This document shows, piece by piece, positions 10,701-19,541 of a stretch of DNA of 64,000 nucleotides. Below the pieces are notes generated by a model. The model did not search any database, had not been told where the DNA came from, and saw nothing but the letters and a program-made list of their open reading frames with translations. A program made the position numbers and the translations under genes. The stretch is from an uncultured Deinococcaceae bacterium (GTDB lineage Bacteria > Deinococcota > Deinococci > Deinococcales > Deinococcaceae). The DNA is taken from contig CAXULY010000003.1 of NCBI GenBank assembly GCA_964252075.1, positions 32,001 to 96,000 on the forward strand, in the 5' to 3' direction. The first letter of the stretch is position 1. The number at the start of each line of letters is the position of its first letter.

Positions 10701-13700
10701 GTGCCGCCCGCCGCCTGGAAGGCCGCCTGCAGGCCCGCGTCACCTGTGCCGTAGGACATGCGGTAGGCGGCGTCCGTGGCGGCCGTGCCGGCGTACCGGG
10801 CGCTGGAGCGGCTGAAGAAGTCGTCCATCAGCGCCTGCGCCTGGTCGAGGCCGCCCTGCGTGCCGTCCAGGATGCCCTGAATGACGTCCGCGTAGGTGGT
10901 GCGGATAAGGTCCGCCGCGCCCTTGTTGAACCGCTCCAGGTCCGCGAGGGCCGCGGTGGGGTCGGTGCTCGCGTCGAGGTTCCCCCCGGACGCCCGCACC
11001 GCCGCCGCGAGGCCTTCCGGACCCGCGCCGTAGGTGAGCCGCAGGGCGCCCTGCGACGCCACCTCGCCCGTCCCGAAGCGCTTGGCCTGCGCGTCCATGT
11101 AATCGTTCAGGGCCTGCGTGGCGGCGAGGATGCCGGGCAGCTCCGCGCGCAGGTCCTGGGCGAGCCGCACGCTCGATTTGTGCAGCTGGTCGATCTGGAA
11201 GTTGCCCTTCACCCCCTTCTGGCCCGCCTCGTCCCACAACTTCCCGAGGGAAGCGAGGTAGGCCGTCACGTCCGCGTCGGTGAGGGTACCCGCCTGTGCT
11301 TTCTGGCCGAGGCCCTCCTGGGCGTCCTTGTAGCTGCGGCTGAGGTCGCGCACGGCGGCGGCCTGCTTGCTGGTTTCCTGCTGGACCTTCACGGTCGCGT
11401 CGTGCACGCTCGCCGCGCTGACCTGCCCGGCCCGCGTGACGGCCCGCTGGTACTCCTGCTGCGCGGCGGTGCGCTCGCGCTGCCCCTGCTGCTCAATGGC
11501 GCTGAGACGGTCCTTGAGGGCGGTCGCGGTGAGGCCCTCATGCCGCGCCTGCGCCTCCTGTTCACTCACCCATTTGTTCGCGGCGGCGACCTTCTCGTCC
11601 AGCTGTTCCTTCGCCTGGGCGATGACGGCCGCTTTGATCTTCGGGGCGAACTCCCGCTGAATGGCGAGCTGCTGCTGCGCGTCATCCTGCGCGGCATCGA
11701 GCGCTTCTTGCCGCGCGTCGGTGAGGACGCTCACGCGGGTCTGGGCGGCGTCCGCTTCGCTCTGCTGCTGGCGCCGGATGATCTCCTCACCCTGCTGCTG
11801 GGCCTGCTCCGCCAGTCGGGTGGCCTGCTGCTGGGCGCGGGTGAGGCGGTCCTGCTCGGCGGTGGCCTTCGCGGTGGCGTCCCCCGCGAGTTTCTGCAGC
11901 GCCTGGTACTTCGCGGTCTCGCCGTTGCGGGCCCGCTCCGCGTCCGCGGCGCGCTGCGCGCTCGCCGCGATGCCCTCCAGGGTCCGCACGTAGTCGGCGC
12001 CGCTCTCACGCCCCGCCTTCTTCAGGCTGTCCGCCACGCCCAGCTGCGCGCTGAGCTTGTCGTAGGTCTGGCCGTACCGGCTGACCTTGCCGAGTTCCAG
12101 CGTGACGCTGCGGACGGCCGCTGCGGCGTCCGCGTTGCCCTTCGTGAAGTCGTGGATGGCCGCGAGGGCCTTCGTATACTCCGGGCTGCCCTGGGCGTAG
12201 GAGCGCAGGGCGAGCACCAGCTCGCGCGCCTGATCGTTCAGGGTGGAGTAGTTGACCTGCCCCTTGCCGCCGATGTAAGCCGCCACATCAGCTTTCGAGA
12301 CGGTGCCGGTGGGTGCCCCCGCCTTGTTGTACGGGCTTTCGTTCGGACGGTAGAACGCCGCGTGGGCCGTGTCGTACATCGGCACGACCTGCGTGTTCGA
12401 CTGCCCGGGGTTCTCGATGATCAGCAGGTTGCCCTTCGCGTCACGGCCCACCACCACCGCGACGTGGTGCCCGCTGCCGTTGTAGCCGTACCGCGCGCCG
12501 GTGAAGCCCACGAGGTCGCCCGTCTGGGCCTGCGCCTCGCTGACCTGCTTGCCGTGCGCCTTCACCTGATTGATCAGCTCGCCCGCGCTGGGGCTGCCTT
12601 TGATGGCCACCCCGAGCGTGTGGTAGATGTCGCTCGCGATGGCCGCGCAGTCCGACGGCCACTTGGGGTCATTTTTGAAGCGGTCCTTCAGGGACGCCAC
12701 GAACGTCGCGTTCCACTGGCCTGCCGCCTCACCCGCCGCCTGAGCGGTCTGCGCGCCCGCCGGTCCAGAGGGCAGCGCCTGCATGGTGACGTGCTGCACC
12801 CCGTCGGGCCCCGCGCCGCCCTGCCGCTGGTACTTGGCGAGCAGCTGCTCGTAGTACGTGCGGTTCGCGGCGATGGTGTTGAGCTGCGCCTGGTTGCGGC
12901 GCACGTACCCATCACCCTCCTTGATCAGCGCGCCGATGCTGTACAGCCCGCCCGGCCCCTGGTTGGACACGTCCTTGATGAGGCCCGCCTGCCCGAGCGC
13001 GGCGCGCAGCTGCCCGGTGTTCAGCTGCGTGATGGCGTCCGGCACACCCTTCTGTGGCATCCCTTTGCCGAGGTTCGTGAGGATGCGGTCCAGCAGCCCG
13101 TTCGCGTCCTGCAGGAACTTGTTCAGCTCCGGCAGCACGAGGGTGCCGAGGTTCGTCTTGAAGGCGTCCCACTTGTGCCCCAGCTCCGCGACCTGATCGC
13201 CGTACCCCTTCGTGGCCTCCTTCGCGGTGCGCATCGCGAGGCCCTCGTCTTTCGTGGCCGCGGTCGCGATGTCCGTGGCGCGCTTGAGGTTGTTCTGCCC
13301 GACGGTCGCCTCGCTGACCGTGCGGGTGACCTGCGCGGTCCTGAGGTGCAGGTCGCTGAGGATCAGGCTGGAATCCACGCCGCTCGCGTGGAAGTCCTTC
13401 AGGCGCTGTATGAAGCGCGTGAAGAAGGCCACGGGGTCCGTTTCGAGGAGCTTCGCGACCTCCTCGCCGCTCATCCCCATGGCGCGCCCCCACGCCTCGA
13501 GGGCCGGGCCGCCCTGCGCGGCCGCCTGGTGCGCGGTCTGGAAGATCTTGGTGAGCGCGCCGCCCGCGCCCTGCGCGCGGGCGCCCGCCTGCACCAGCGC
13601 GGCGCTGATGCCGAGGATCTGTTCGTTCGTGAGGCCAATCTCGTGCGCGTAGCTGGACCAGAACTTCGCGAGGCCCGTGATCTCCGGAATCTGCGCGCCG

Positions 13701-15295
13701 AACTGCGTCTTGAGCGCCACCAGCACGTTCACGGTCTCGCCGTACTTCTTGTTCACCTGATCGACGGACAGGCCCTGGCTGAACAGGATCTTCGCAATCT
13801 CCTGGCTGACCTTGCTGGTGTCGCCCAGGTGGCCGTTCGCGTCGCGCAGCACCACCGCGAGGGCGGCGCTCTGGGTGGTGAAGTTCTTGATCGCGTCCGG
13901 CCCGTGCAGGCCCACCAGCACGCCCTGCCGCCCCATCTCGATCAGCTGGTTCGTGGCGATGGGCAGCTGGCCGCTGAGGCGCTGCACGAACTGACCGTAC
14001 TGGTTCATCTCGGCGGCGCTCTCGTGCGTGAGGGCGCCCACCTGATTCAGGCTGCGCTGGAAGTCGATGCTCTTCTTCACGCCGTCGTCAATGGACTTCA
14101 CGGCGCCCGCGATGACGAGGCCCGCCGCGCCGATGGCCGCGACCTGGGGGCCCATGGTGGCGAGGGAAGCCACCATGCCCGCCGTGGGGCTGATGAAGCT
14201 GAGGCCGAGGGCCGCGCCGTTCATGCCCGCCCCGCCTCGGATGCCCGCGCCCTGCGCGAACGCCCCGGCGCGCGCGGCGTTGTTGCGCTGCTGGGCGGTG
14301 GTGGCCGCCGCGAGGCTCGCGGTGTAGGAGCGCTCCGCGGCCTCCAGTCGCGTGAGCTGCGCGGCTTCAGCGGCGTTCAGCACGCCCTTTTCACGCAGGG
14401 TCGTGATGGCGGCCTGCGTCGCCGCGACCTCGCCCTGCAGGCTCGTGATGGTGCCCCGGATGCGGAGGTCGTACTCGCCCTGCGTGATCTGGTTGGACTT
14501 CAGCTGGTTGTTCAGGAGCGTGACGCCCGCCGCCGCGTCGCGGTACCCGGCGCTCACGCCCGCCGCGAGGCTGCCCTTCATGATCTCGCCGCTGATCTGC
14601 ATCTGGACGCTGGCGGTGGTGCGCAGCGCCTGGCTGTACGTGTTCTGCATCGCGACGAGCTGCTGGAGGCGCGCGGTCTGCTGCGTGTCCAGCACGCCGA
14701 GCTCGCGCAGGCTGGTGGCCTCGGCGTCCAGCGCGGCTTTCTGCGCGAGGATGCGGCGCTCCAGCGTCTGCATGATGCCCGCCGTGGTCGCGTCATCGTT
14801 CGCCTTGCGCTGCCACGCGATGCGGTAGTTGTTCGCGGTCTGCGTCGCTTCACGCGCCATCGCCTGCTCACTCCGCAGGCTGGCGATGCGCTGCTGCGCC
14901 GCCTCGCGCTCCAGGCGGATGTTCAGCTGCAGGGTGGAGCGGTAATTCGCGGCCTGCTGCGCGCCCTCGCGGCGGTAGGTCTGCTCCTGGGCGGCGCTCG
15001 TCTTGAGCTGCTGCGCCTCCGCGCGCAGGCTGGCGGACAGCGCGTCGTACTCGGCGCGCACCGTGCGCGCGGCGCTGGCCTGCTGGCCCAGGGCGCGCTG
15101 GCTCACGCCACCCAGGTCCGCGATCTCCTGGCGGATGCCCTTGAGCTGCCCGGCGGCGTCCGCCATGCCGAGTTTCACGCTCACGCCGAGCGACTCGCTC
15201 GCGAGGTCCGCGCGGAGCTTCACGAGATCGGCGGTGATGCCCGAGCGATCCAGGCCGGTCCCCGCCACGAGTTTTCCAAGGGATCGCTGGGTCAT
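7736..15295 (-). CDS. Tape measure protein (2519 aa) with internal NlpC/P60-like domain
   Basis: Very long Ala/Gln-rich helical protein after the tail chaperones; DCAAIAS...GDLVGF...HHVAVV. Confidence 0.93.
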   Translation of the reverse strand: MTQRSLGKLVAGTGLDRSGITADLVKLRADLASESLGVSVKLGMADAAGQLKGIRQEIADLGGVSQRALGQQASAARTVRAEYDALSASLRAEAQQLKTSAAQEQTYRREGAQQAANYRSTLQLNIRLEREAAQQRIASLRSEQAMAREATQTANNYRIAWQRKANDDATTAGIMQTLERRILAQKAALDAEATSLRELGVLDTQQTARLQQLVAMQNTYSQALRTTASVQMQISGEIMKGSLAAGVSAGYRDAAAGVTLLNNQLKSNQITQGEYDLRIRGTITSLQGEVAATQAAITTLREKGVLNAAEAAQLTRLEAAERSYTASLAAATTAQQRNNAARAGAFAQGAGIRGGAGMNGAALGLSFISPTAGMVASLATMGPQVAAIGAAGLVIAGAVKSIDDGVKKSIDFQRSLNQVGALTHESAAEMNQYGQFVQRLSGQLPIATNQLIEMGRQGVLVGLHGPDAIKNFTTQSAALAVVLRDANGHLGDTSKVSQEIAKILFSQGLSVDQVNKKYGETVNVLVALKTQFGAQIPEITGLAKFWSSYAHEIGLTNEQILGISAALVQAGARAQGAGGALTKIFQTAHQAAAQGGPALEAWGRAMGMSGEEVAKLLETDPVAFFTRFIQRLKDFHASGVDSSLILSDLHLRTAQVTRTVSEATVGQNNLKRATDIATAATKDEGLAMRTAKEATKGYGDQVAELGHKWDAFKTNLGTLVLPELNKFLQDANGLLDRILTNLGKGMPQKGVPDAITQLNTGQLRAALGQAGLIKDVSNQGPGGLYSIGALIKEGDGYVRRNQAQLNTIAANRTYYEQLLAKYQRQGGAGPDGVQHVTMQALPSGPAGAQTAQAAGEAAGQWNATFVASLKDRFKNDPKWPSDCAAIASDIYHTLGVAIKGSPSAGELINQVKAHGKQVSEAQAQTGDLVGFTGARYGYNGSGHHVAVVVGRDAKGNLLIIENPGQSNTQVVPMYDTAHAAFYRPNESPYNKAGAPTGTVSKADVAAYIGGKGQVNYSTLNDQARELVLALRSYAQGSPEYTKALAAIHDFTKGNADAAAAVRSVTLELGKVSRYGQTYDKLSAQLGVADSLKKAGRESGADYVRTLEGIAASAQRAADAERARNGETAKYQALQKLAGDATAKATAEQDRLTRAQQQATRLAEQAQQQGEEIIRRQQQSEADAAQTRVSVLTDARQEALDAAQDDAQQQLAIQREFAPKIKAAVIAQAKEQLDEKVAAANKWVSEQEAQARHEGLTATALKDRLSAIEQQGQRERTAAQQEYQRAVTRAGQVSAASVHDATVKVQQETSKQAAAVRDLSRSYKDAQEGLGQKAQAGTLTDADVTAYLASLGKLWDEAGQKGVKGNFQIDQLHKSSVRLAQDLRAELPGILAATQALNDYMDAQAKRFGTGEVASQGALRLTYGAGPEGLAAAVRASGGNLDASTDPTAALADLERFNKGAADLIRTTYADVIQGILDGTQGGLDQAQALMDDFFSRSSARYAGTAATDAAYRMSYGTGDAGLQAAFQAAGGTGDVLTDPQDALSALEQFNGDAVAIIRRVYAEPIQQILDTTEGAVAQAQQDLDDFAASSAARYGNGQNAADMAVRRSYGTGADGLTAALAGAGSDPNDPRFMGDPRKALADLASRNKDFADELQRVYADALKLYRDLPDSTLEKTFNSGQVAQQVKNFQGMTAELEANGDQLKLSAAAADEYRERVQQMGQDGELSAQQVSDLNLILDSLRANLDASPTNALEDTLTQITGDLQKAQDAYQGGTMSALDFGRAGQASALQLDTLADNLERMGKTDAAASVRALAAAARASVPDVAKITDAMREAQRAVEDARLSAERSTLQHQQNMDPLAWLHAGGYQARGEDLDRREANAAYQRQLEDLKRHLEEEGGDRAEYDAKVRAAEADHQAKLTAITEKGEEDRRQIVLNGIEQVGQFAQAIINVGSLVGQATAGMDQHAADVAAGWGESLGDMTSDLITFAKDIATGNWIQAAIDVITSIFTHWAQEAQRAREEMKKTQDYNNQFRFGKDDGYGTRTVTTYQTGILWWSQTHYDEHIDEAAQKTAQSLEGAIVDGVNSGFEALANGGSIEDFSKAIRSSLAKAVKQGMVDAFLDDPAHGKVYKDAIQGYLDAKKALADAKTPEEKAAAQTRLDQSRTNLINVSNANTADAQKTASDMDEIDRLTGTGKYDPAVIAQQARDDAQKAADVWQKTWDNVRAAGLITEEAYQDDVLRLTIEGLNRQREAALADTSLTEAQRATINADYDAQIVAAQIQSAQAIRDARLKDLDDELKGGQISYAQYLQQRQQAELTALDAGYQAAIAQANLTAEQRLAIDQQYAEQRDKILHQTSDDLLNTFSNSAFNGLESALESQDFSKFGANLQQEVLKSTLSGLLMAMESDIVRKALGPLTQAIATDLQNGVDLTSGQGLADLLALKNGVITVKDQTKPLFDAFAPIFAQFGFKADVVQKNTDAIKENTEVQRDKPLSSTTYISNVTPGTRYAGTDAWLGGL

Positions 15296-15324
15296 GTGGT
15301 CACCTCGCCCTCTTCGGGCATGAG

Positions 15325-15346
15325 AAAAGCCGCCCGGAGGCGGCTC
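15325..15346 (-). terminator. Intrinsic terminator between the moron and TMP
   Basis: AGCCGCC-TCCG-GGCGGCT followed by TTTC on the minus strand. Confidence 0.7.
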
Positions 15347-15367
15347 AAAATTCGTTATTTGATCTTC

Positions 15368-15979
15368 CTACTTCTTTTTTAGGGCGTGCACACCTCTTGC
15401 AATATCGTCGAGATGCGGTCGGTTCAACGCTCTTGAGATGTTCTGTAGTGCCTCGAGCTTCAGTTCCTCAGGGTCCCTGCCATTGACTCGCTTAGTCGCC
15501 CAAACGGACCCGTGCGTGTAGTTGAAGTCCACTTGGAAGGTCTCTGAGAGTCGCTCACCCGACTGACTCTCGTAATCCACCCTTACGTTAACCAGCTCCT
15601 GTATGGCGTCCTCAGTTCCAGGTCCAGAAATAAACGCAAGCGTGGTCAGTTTTGAGCTTGGAGCTAAGAGTCTTACTCCCTTAGATATTGGCTGCCATTC
15701 GCTTAAGGGCACCCCTGTGTAATTCATCTCTTGGTGATCCAGAAGTGTGACCCGTACATTCTTGGCAATTGCACCGCTTATGTTATGAATATTCAAGAAA
15801 ACAAACTGCACATCATTGTCTTCGATGGAAGGGTAGACAACAACTTGCGGGCGAAACTGGGCCTTGCGCGCTTTCTCTGCAGTGTCTGCTGACCGCCAAG
15901 CAAAGAACACCGCCACTGCTGCGGCCACGGCACTGACTGCTGCTGAAACACTTTGAATCTCCACCTGGGGATCTGCCAT
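15368..15979 (-). CDS. Low-GC moron, N-terminally membrane-anchored protein (superinfection exclusion candidate)
   Basis: Abrupt drop in GC; one TM; TACTTT 6 nt before the ATG; own terminator. Confidence 0.8.
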   Translation of the reverse strand: MADPQVEIQSVSAAVSAVAAAVAVFFAWRSADTAEKARKAQFRPQVVVYPSIEDNDVQFVFLNIHNISGAIAKNVRVTLLDHQEMNYTGVPLSEWQPISKGVRLLAPSSKLTTLAFISGPGTEDAIQELVNVRVDYESQSGERLSETFQVDFNYTHGSVWATKRVNGRDPEELKLEALQNISRALNRPHLDDIARGVHALKKK

Positions 15980-16000
15980 TGTCACAAAGTATCCGCTTAC

Positions 16001-16474
16001 TCAGCTCTGAGCGGCCTCAATTCTGTCCCACACCCGCGGGAGTGGGAGGCCTTCCGGCGTGAATGGCCAGGACGCCCACGGGGCGCCCGTGAGGAGCCCG
16101 AGCGCCAGGGCGCGCCCGAGGCCGCGCGCGACGACCGGGTGCACCGGGTACGGTTTGGCGGGCGGTCGCAGCGCGTCGAGCGCCGCGCCCTCCAGCACCT
16201 CGTAGGGGCGGTTGGTGCCATGCTCGTGTCCGGCCCGCATGATCTTCTCGATGGCTTCCTGCTTGCCGCCCATGGCCATCATGGCGAGGTTGCCGGTCAT
16301 CACGGCGCGGGAGTAGGCGCGCTCCTCGCGCGCGCGGAGGCGTTCGTGCGCGAGGTACACCGCGTCCATGGGGGCGTGGTACCAGTCCCGCTCGGGCGCT
16401 TCGAGGGCGAGGTCCGCGAACAGTAGGCGGAGGTCGGCGCGGACGCGCTGCCCACCTCCGCCTACTGAGGGTTT
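16001..16474 (-). CDS. Tail assembly chaperone -1 frameshift extension (gpT-like)
   Basis: ORF in the -1 frame relative to the upstream chaperone, entered at A AAC CCT. Confidence 0.7.
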   Translation of the reverse strand, partial: KPSVGGGGQRVRADLRLLFADLALEAPERDWYHAPMDAVYLAHERLRAREERAYSRAVMTGNLAMMAMGGKQEAIEKIMRAGHEHGTNRPYEVLEGAALDALRPPAKPYPVHPVVARGLGRALALGLLTGAPWASWPFTPEGLPLPRVWDRIEAAQS

Positions 16475-16851
16475 TCGGCGCCGCCGCGCGCGGTGCGTGC
16501 CTGCCACTCCTCCAGCTGCTTGCGGTCGGTGCTCTGGTAGACCGCCTCGGCGTCCGGCGCGCCCTCGCCCATGCGGCGGGCGAAGAAGGTGGCGAACAGC
16601 GCGGCGCGGCGGCGCCCCAGCTGCGCGATCGCCTCGGCGACCTCGACCGTCATGGGGCCGCTCACGCCTTCCATGCTGATCACGAAGGCGTTCCAGTGGG
16701 CTTCGAAGATGCTGCTCTCGTCGAGTTCCGCCTGGCTGAAGCTGAGGTACGGCACGAAAAAAGGACCCACCGGCCAGCCGTGCGTGGCGTCCGGGAGGCC
16801 CAGGGCGGCCTTCACGGTGCGGGTGGGGTCGGTGTTCTGCTGTTGGGTCAT
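16462..16851 (-). CDS. Tail assembly chaperone (gpG-like)
   Basis: Between the tail tube and TMP; ends in a slippery heptamer. Confidence 0.72.
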   Translation of the reverse strand: MTQQQNTDPTRTVKAALGLPDATHGWPVGPFFVPYLSFSQAELDESSIFEAHWNAFVISMEGVSGPMTVEVAEAIAQLGRRRAALFATFFARRMGEGAPDAEAVYQSTDRKQLEEWQARTARGGAENPQ

Positions 16852-17177
16852 CGGGTCGCCTTCTCGCGCTTGCGCGCGCGTTTCAGGGTGATGGGGGTGT
16901 GGGCGTGGTGCCCGGCCTGGCGCTTCGGGAGGCTGACCCTCAGGCCGCCCCGCACCGCCCGAAATGGGATGGGTTCGAAGTCCTCAGGGGTGGGTTCGCG
17001 CGCGGGGCGCATCTCCACGAGCGTTTCGCTGCGGGCGGCCACCGGGTACCGGACGGTGTGGCCGAGGGCCGTCACGGCGTCCTCGCTGACGGTGGCGCCG
17101 TAGAGCCACAGGAGTGGCACCACGGCGCCGCGCCGCCCGAACGCCAGCAGGTCCTGCATCTGTTCGGGCGGCGTCAC
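16848..17177 (-). CDS. Tail-region hypothetical protein
   Basis: Coupled ORF between tail tube and chaperone. Confidence 0.6.
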   Translation of the reverse strand: MTPPEQMQDLLAFGRRGAVVPLLWLYGATVSEDAVTALGHTVRYPVAARSETLVEMRPAREPTPEDFEPIPFRAVRGGLRVSLPKRQAGHHAHTPITLKRARKREKATR

Positions 17178-17178
17178 G

Positions 17179-17901
17179 TCAGTTCAGCCCGCCGATCTCT
17201 TCCCACGCGGGGGTGGTGTCGTTCAGGTCCGCGTCGAACAGCTTGCCGGAGAGGTTCATGCCGAACTCCCAGCGCTGCGCCTGGCCGGGCTGGCCGGTCA
17301 GCTTCGCGGTGACGTTCACCATGGCCAGCACGGCGTACCCGTCGGAGGCCTTGAGGATCACGCGCTGGCGGCAGCCGGGGCTCAGCTGGCGCCCCTTGCG
17401 CTGCAGGCGCTTCACGGTGGGGTCCGTCAGGCCCGCGACGCTCTTGGCGCTCATGGTGAGGTCCTTGCCGTTCACGATGCGGATGGGCGTCGCGCGGCCG
17501 TGCACCTTCACGGTCTCCTCGTCGCTGGGCATGTCCATCTGGAACTGCTCACCCAGCGGCACTTCCGCGAGGTTGCTGTACACCGCCTCGGTGTTCTTCG
17601 GGATCGCGCCGGACAGCGCCTCCACGTCGAGGCTCGTGTCGCCAAGGGCGGAGTCCTGCGTCAGAGTTGCGTGGACGCCGCCGAAGTCCAGGGTGACGCC
17701 GCTCGGCAGGGCGCTCGTGAGGGCCACGACGGTGATGCTGGTGGCGTTGGCGGCCGTGTCGGCGTTGCCGGTCTTCACGGTCACGTCGTGGATGATCACG
17801 GTGGCGTCGTCTTCCACCAGGAGCATCTTCCAGCCGGTGGCGCTGTACGTCTCGGGCGTGTTGTCGGTGGGGAGGGCGGTCGGGAGGGGCTTCTGGGTCA
17901 T
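17179..17901 (-). CDS. Major tail tube protein
   Basis: Position, 240 aa, Thr-rich beta composition, AAGGAG RBS. Confidence 0.75.
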   Translation of the reverse strand: MTQKPLPTALPTDNTPETYSATGWKMLLVEDDATVIIHDVTVKTGNADTAANATSITVVALTSALPSGVTLDFGGVHATLTQDSALGDTSLDVEALSGAIPKNTEAVYSNLAEVPLGEQFQMDMPSDEETVKVHGRATPIRIVNGKDLTMSAKSVAGLTDPTVKRLQRKGRQLSPGCRQRVILKASDGYAVLAMVNVTAKLTGQPGQAQRWEFGMNLSGKLFDADLNDTTPAWEEIGGLN

Positions 17902-18350
17902 GATGGTGCTCCTTGTGCCGCGTCAGGGGCGGCCTGGGTGTAGGTCAGGACGTATCGGATGGACGCGAAGTGCTGGGCGGTGGCCACGTCGGCGCGCACG
18001 CCGCTGTCGTCCTCCGGGATGCACTCGCGCATGCGGAGGCCCGGGTGGCGGTTCACTTCGTGCGCCCGGGCGCGCAGGTGCGCCAGGACGATCACGCACG
18101 ACTGCCGCCCGGCGGCCGTGAGGGGGAAGCCGTAGACGGACACGAGCACCTGCAGGCCGCGCAGCTGGTGCGCGCCAATCAGCTGCGCGTCGCGCGCGCC
18201 GTTCAGTTCCTGCGTGACGGCGTAAGGCGCGCGCTCGCGCGTCGCGGGGTTGATGGGCAGCGGGTTGGGCGGGACGCTGGAGAGGACCTGCCCGGCAGGG
18301 TCGCGGTTCAGCTTGAGGCCGAGGTCGTACAGCAGCTGGTCGATGGTCAG
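17898..18350 (-). CDS. Tail terminator-position protein with probable CTG start
   Basis: Frame is open from the CTG at 18350 (CTGA overlap, GGAGGT RBS); in-frame TGA 11 codons upstream. Confidence 0.65.
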   Translation of the reverse strand: MTIDQLLYDLGLKLNRDPAGQVLSSVPPNPLPINPATRERAPYAVTQELNGARDAQLIGAHQLRGLQVLVSVYGFPLTAAGRQSCVIVLAHLRARAHEVNRHPGLRMRECIPEDDSGVRADVATAQHFASIRYVLTYTQAAPDAAQGAPS

Positions 18351-18757
18351 GGCAGCACCTCCAGGGCCCGCAGCAGGCGCTCAAGCAACTCAGGGTCCGT
18401 GAGGGCCTTGCTGAGCCACGGGCGGGCGCCGCGCTCGGACTCGCGCGGGATGGGGCCGTCAGGTGGGCTGGGGTACTCCAGCGCCCAAGCCTCCGGAGGC
18501 GCGTCGAAGCTCCCCACCTCCCAGCCGCCCGGCCCGCGCTGCGCGTCGATCGAGCGCAGCAGCGCGCCGCTCTGCTCGGCCGGGTACTCGCCCGGCAGGC
18601 TGCTGGGGTTCGGGAGCCCCGGGTGGTGCACGCCGCCGCCCGCGCCCGCCAGCTTCTCCTGCAGGAACGCCTTGAACTCCCCGGCCAGCGCCTCGTCCGC
18701 GCGGTCGAACATCGCCGCGAGCTCGGCGTCGAGGTGGGGGTTCGGCTGGAAACTCAT
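18347..18757 (-). CDS. HK97 gp10-like tail completion protein
   Basis: SLPGEYPAEQSGALLRSI and ARPWLSKAL motifs; position. Confidence 0.7.
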   Translation of the reverse strand: MSFQPNPHLDAELAAMFDRADEALAGEFKAFLQEKLAGAGGGVHHPGLPNPSSLPGEYPAEQSGALLRSIDAQRGPGGWEVGSFDAPPEAWALEYPSPPDGPIPRESERGARPWLSKALTDPELLERLLRALEVLP

Positions 18758-19188
18758 GGCGCTGGCGCGTCCGTGAGGGCGCTCGGCACGCGGCACACCA
18801 CCTGCCACGCGATCAGCTGCTCGCCGATGTTCTCGGCGTCGCTGATCGGAAGGAGGCGCTGCCCGCTGGCGAGCACCACCTCGAAGCCCGGCACGTCCAC
18901 GGGCGCGTCCCAGGGCAGGATGACGTTCCACAGCGGCACGGCGAGCTGCGCGCCGAGCTTGGCTTTGTCCGCCGCACTCAGCTGGTACGCGAGGCCGCGC
19001 ACGCCGGTGTCCAGCCCGCTGCTGGGCTGGGCGGGCGCTGGAGCGGCCGCGCCGCCGGCGTCCACGTCGGGCGGGGGCCCGGCGTCCCCCGCGGTGGTGC
19101 GCGCGATGGTGAGGTCCTGCCCGAGCGCCGCGAACACCCGGGCGAGCTTCGGGCGGCTGAGGGCCTGCAGTTGTGCGGTGGTGATCAC
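18754..19188 (-). CDS. Head closure / head-tail joining protein
   Basis: Position after the connector; GTGA coupling. Confidence 0.6.
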   Translation of the reverse strand: MITTAQLQALSRPKLARVFAALGQDLTIARTTAGDAGPPPDVDAGGAAAPAPAQPSSGLDTGVRGLAYQLSAADKAKLGAQLAVPLWNVILPWDAPVDVPGFEVVLASGQRLLPISDAENIGEQLIAWQVVCRVPSALTDAPAP

Positions 19189-19526
19189 CACTGCCCCCAC
19201 GGCGTGAGCGCCGGCCCGGGCACGCCGCTGCCGGAGGCCTCCGCGCGGTACCGCGCGGCGCGCGCCAGCCAGGCGCTGATGCCCTCGCCGGGCAGGAGGG
19301 TGAGCTTGATGGGGCCCACCTCGATCTTGCTGGCGTCGTCCCCCTCACTCGCGGCGAGGGCCACGGTGTCCAGCACCTCCGCCGCCACGAGGCGCGTGTC
19401 CTGCAGCACCGTGAACGCGTCGTCCACGTTCACCTGCTGCTCGGACGGCAGCGAGTTGTGCGCCTGCCAGGCGTTGGGGCCGACCAGGACGCGGACCTCC
19501 ATGCGCTGTTCGTCGGTGAGCGCCAC
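19185..19526 (-). CDS. Head-tail adaptor
   Basis: Follows the capsid gene; about 113 aa, helical. Confidence 0.65.
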   Translation of the reverse strand: MALTDEQRMEVRVLVGPNAWQAHNSLPSEQQVNVDDAFTVLQDTRLVAAEVLDTVALAASEGDDASKIEVGPIKLTLLPGEGISAWLARAARYRAEASGSGVPGPALTPWGQW

Positions 19527-19541
19527 GGCTCACCCCCCTTC

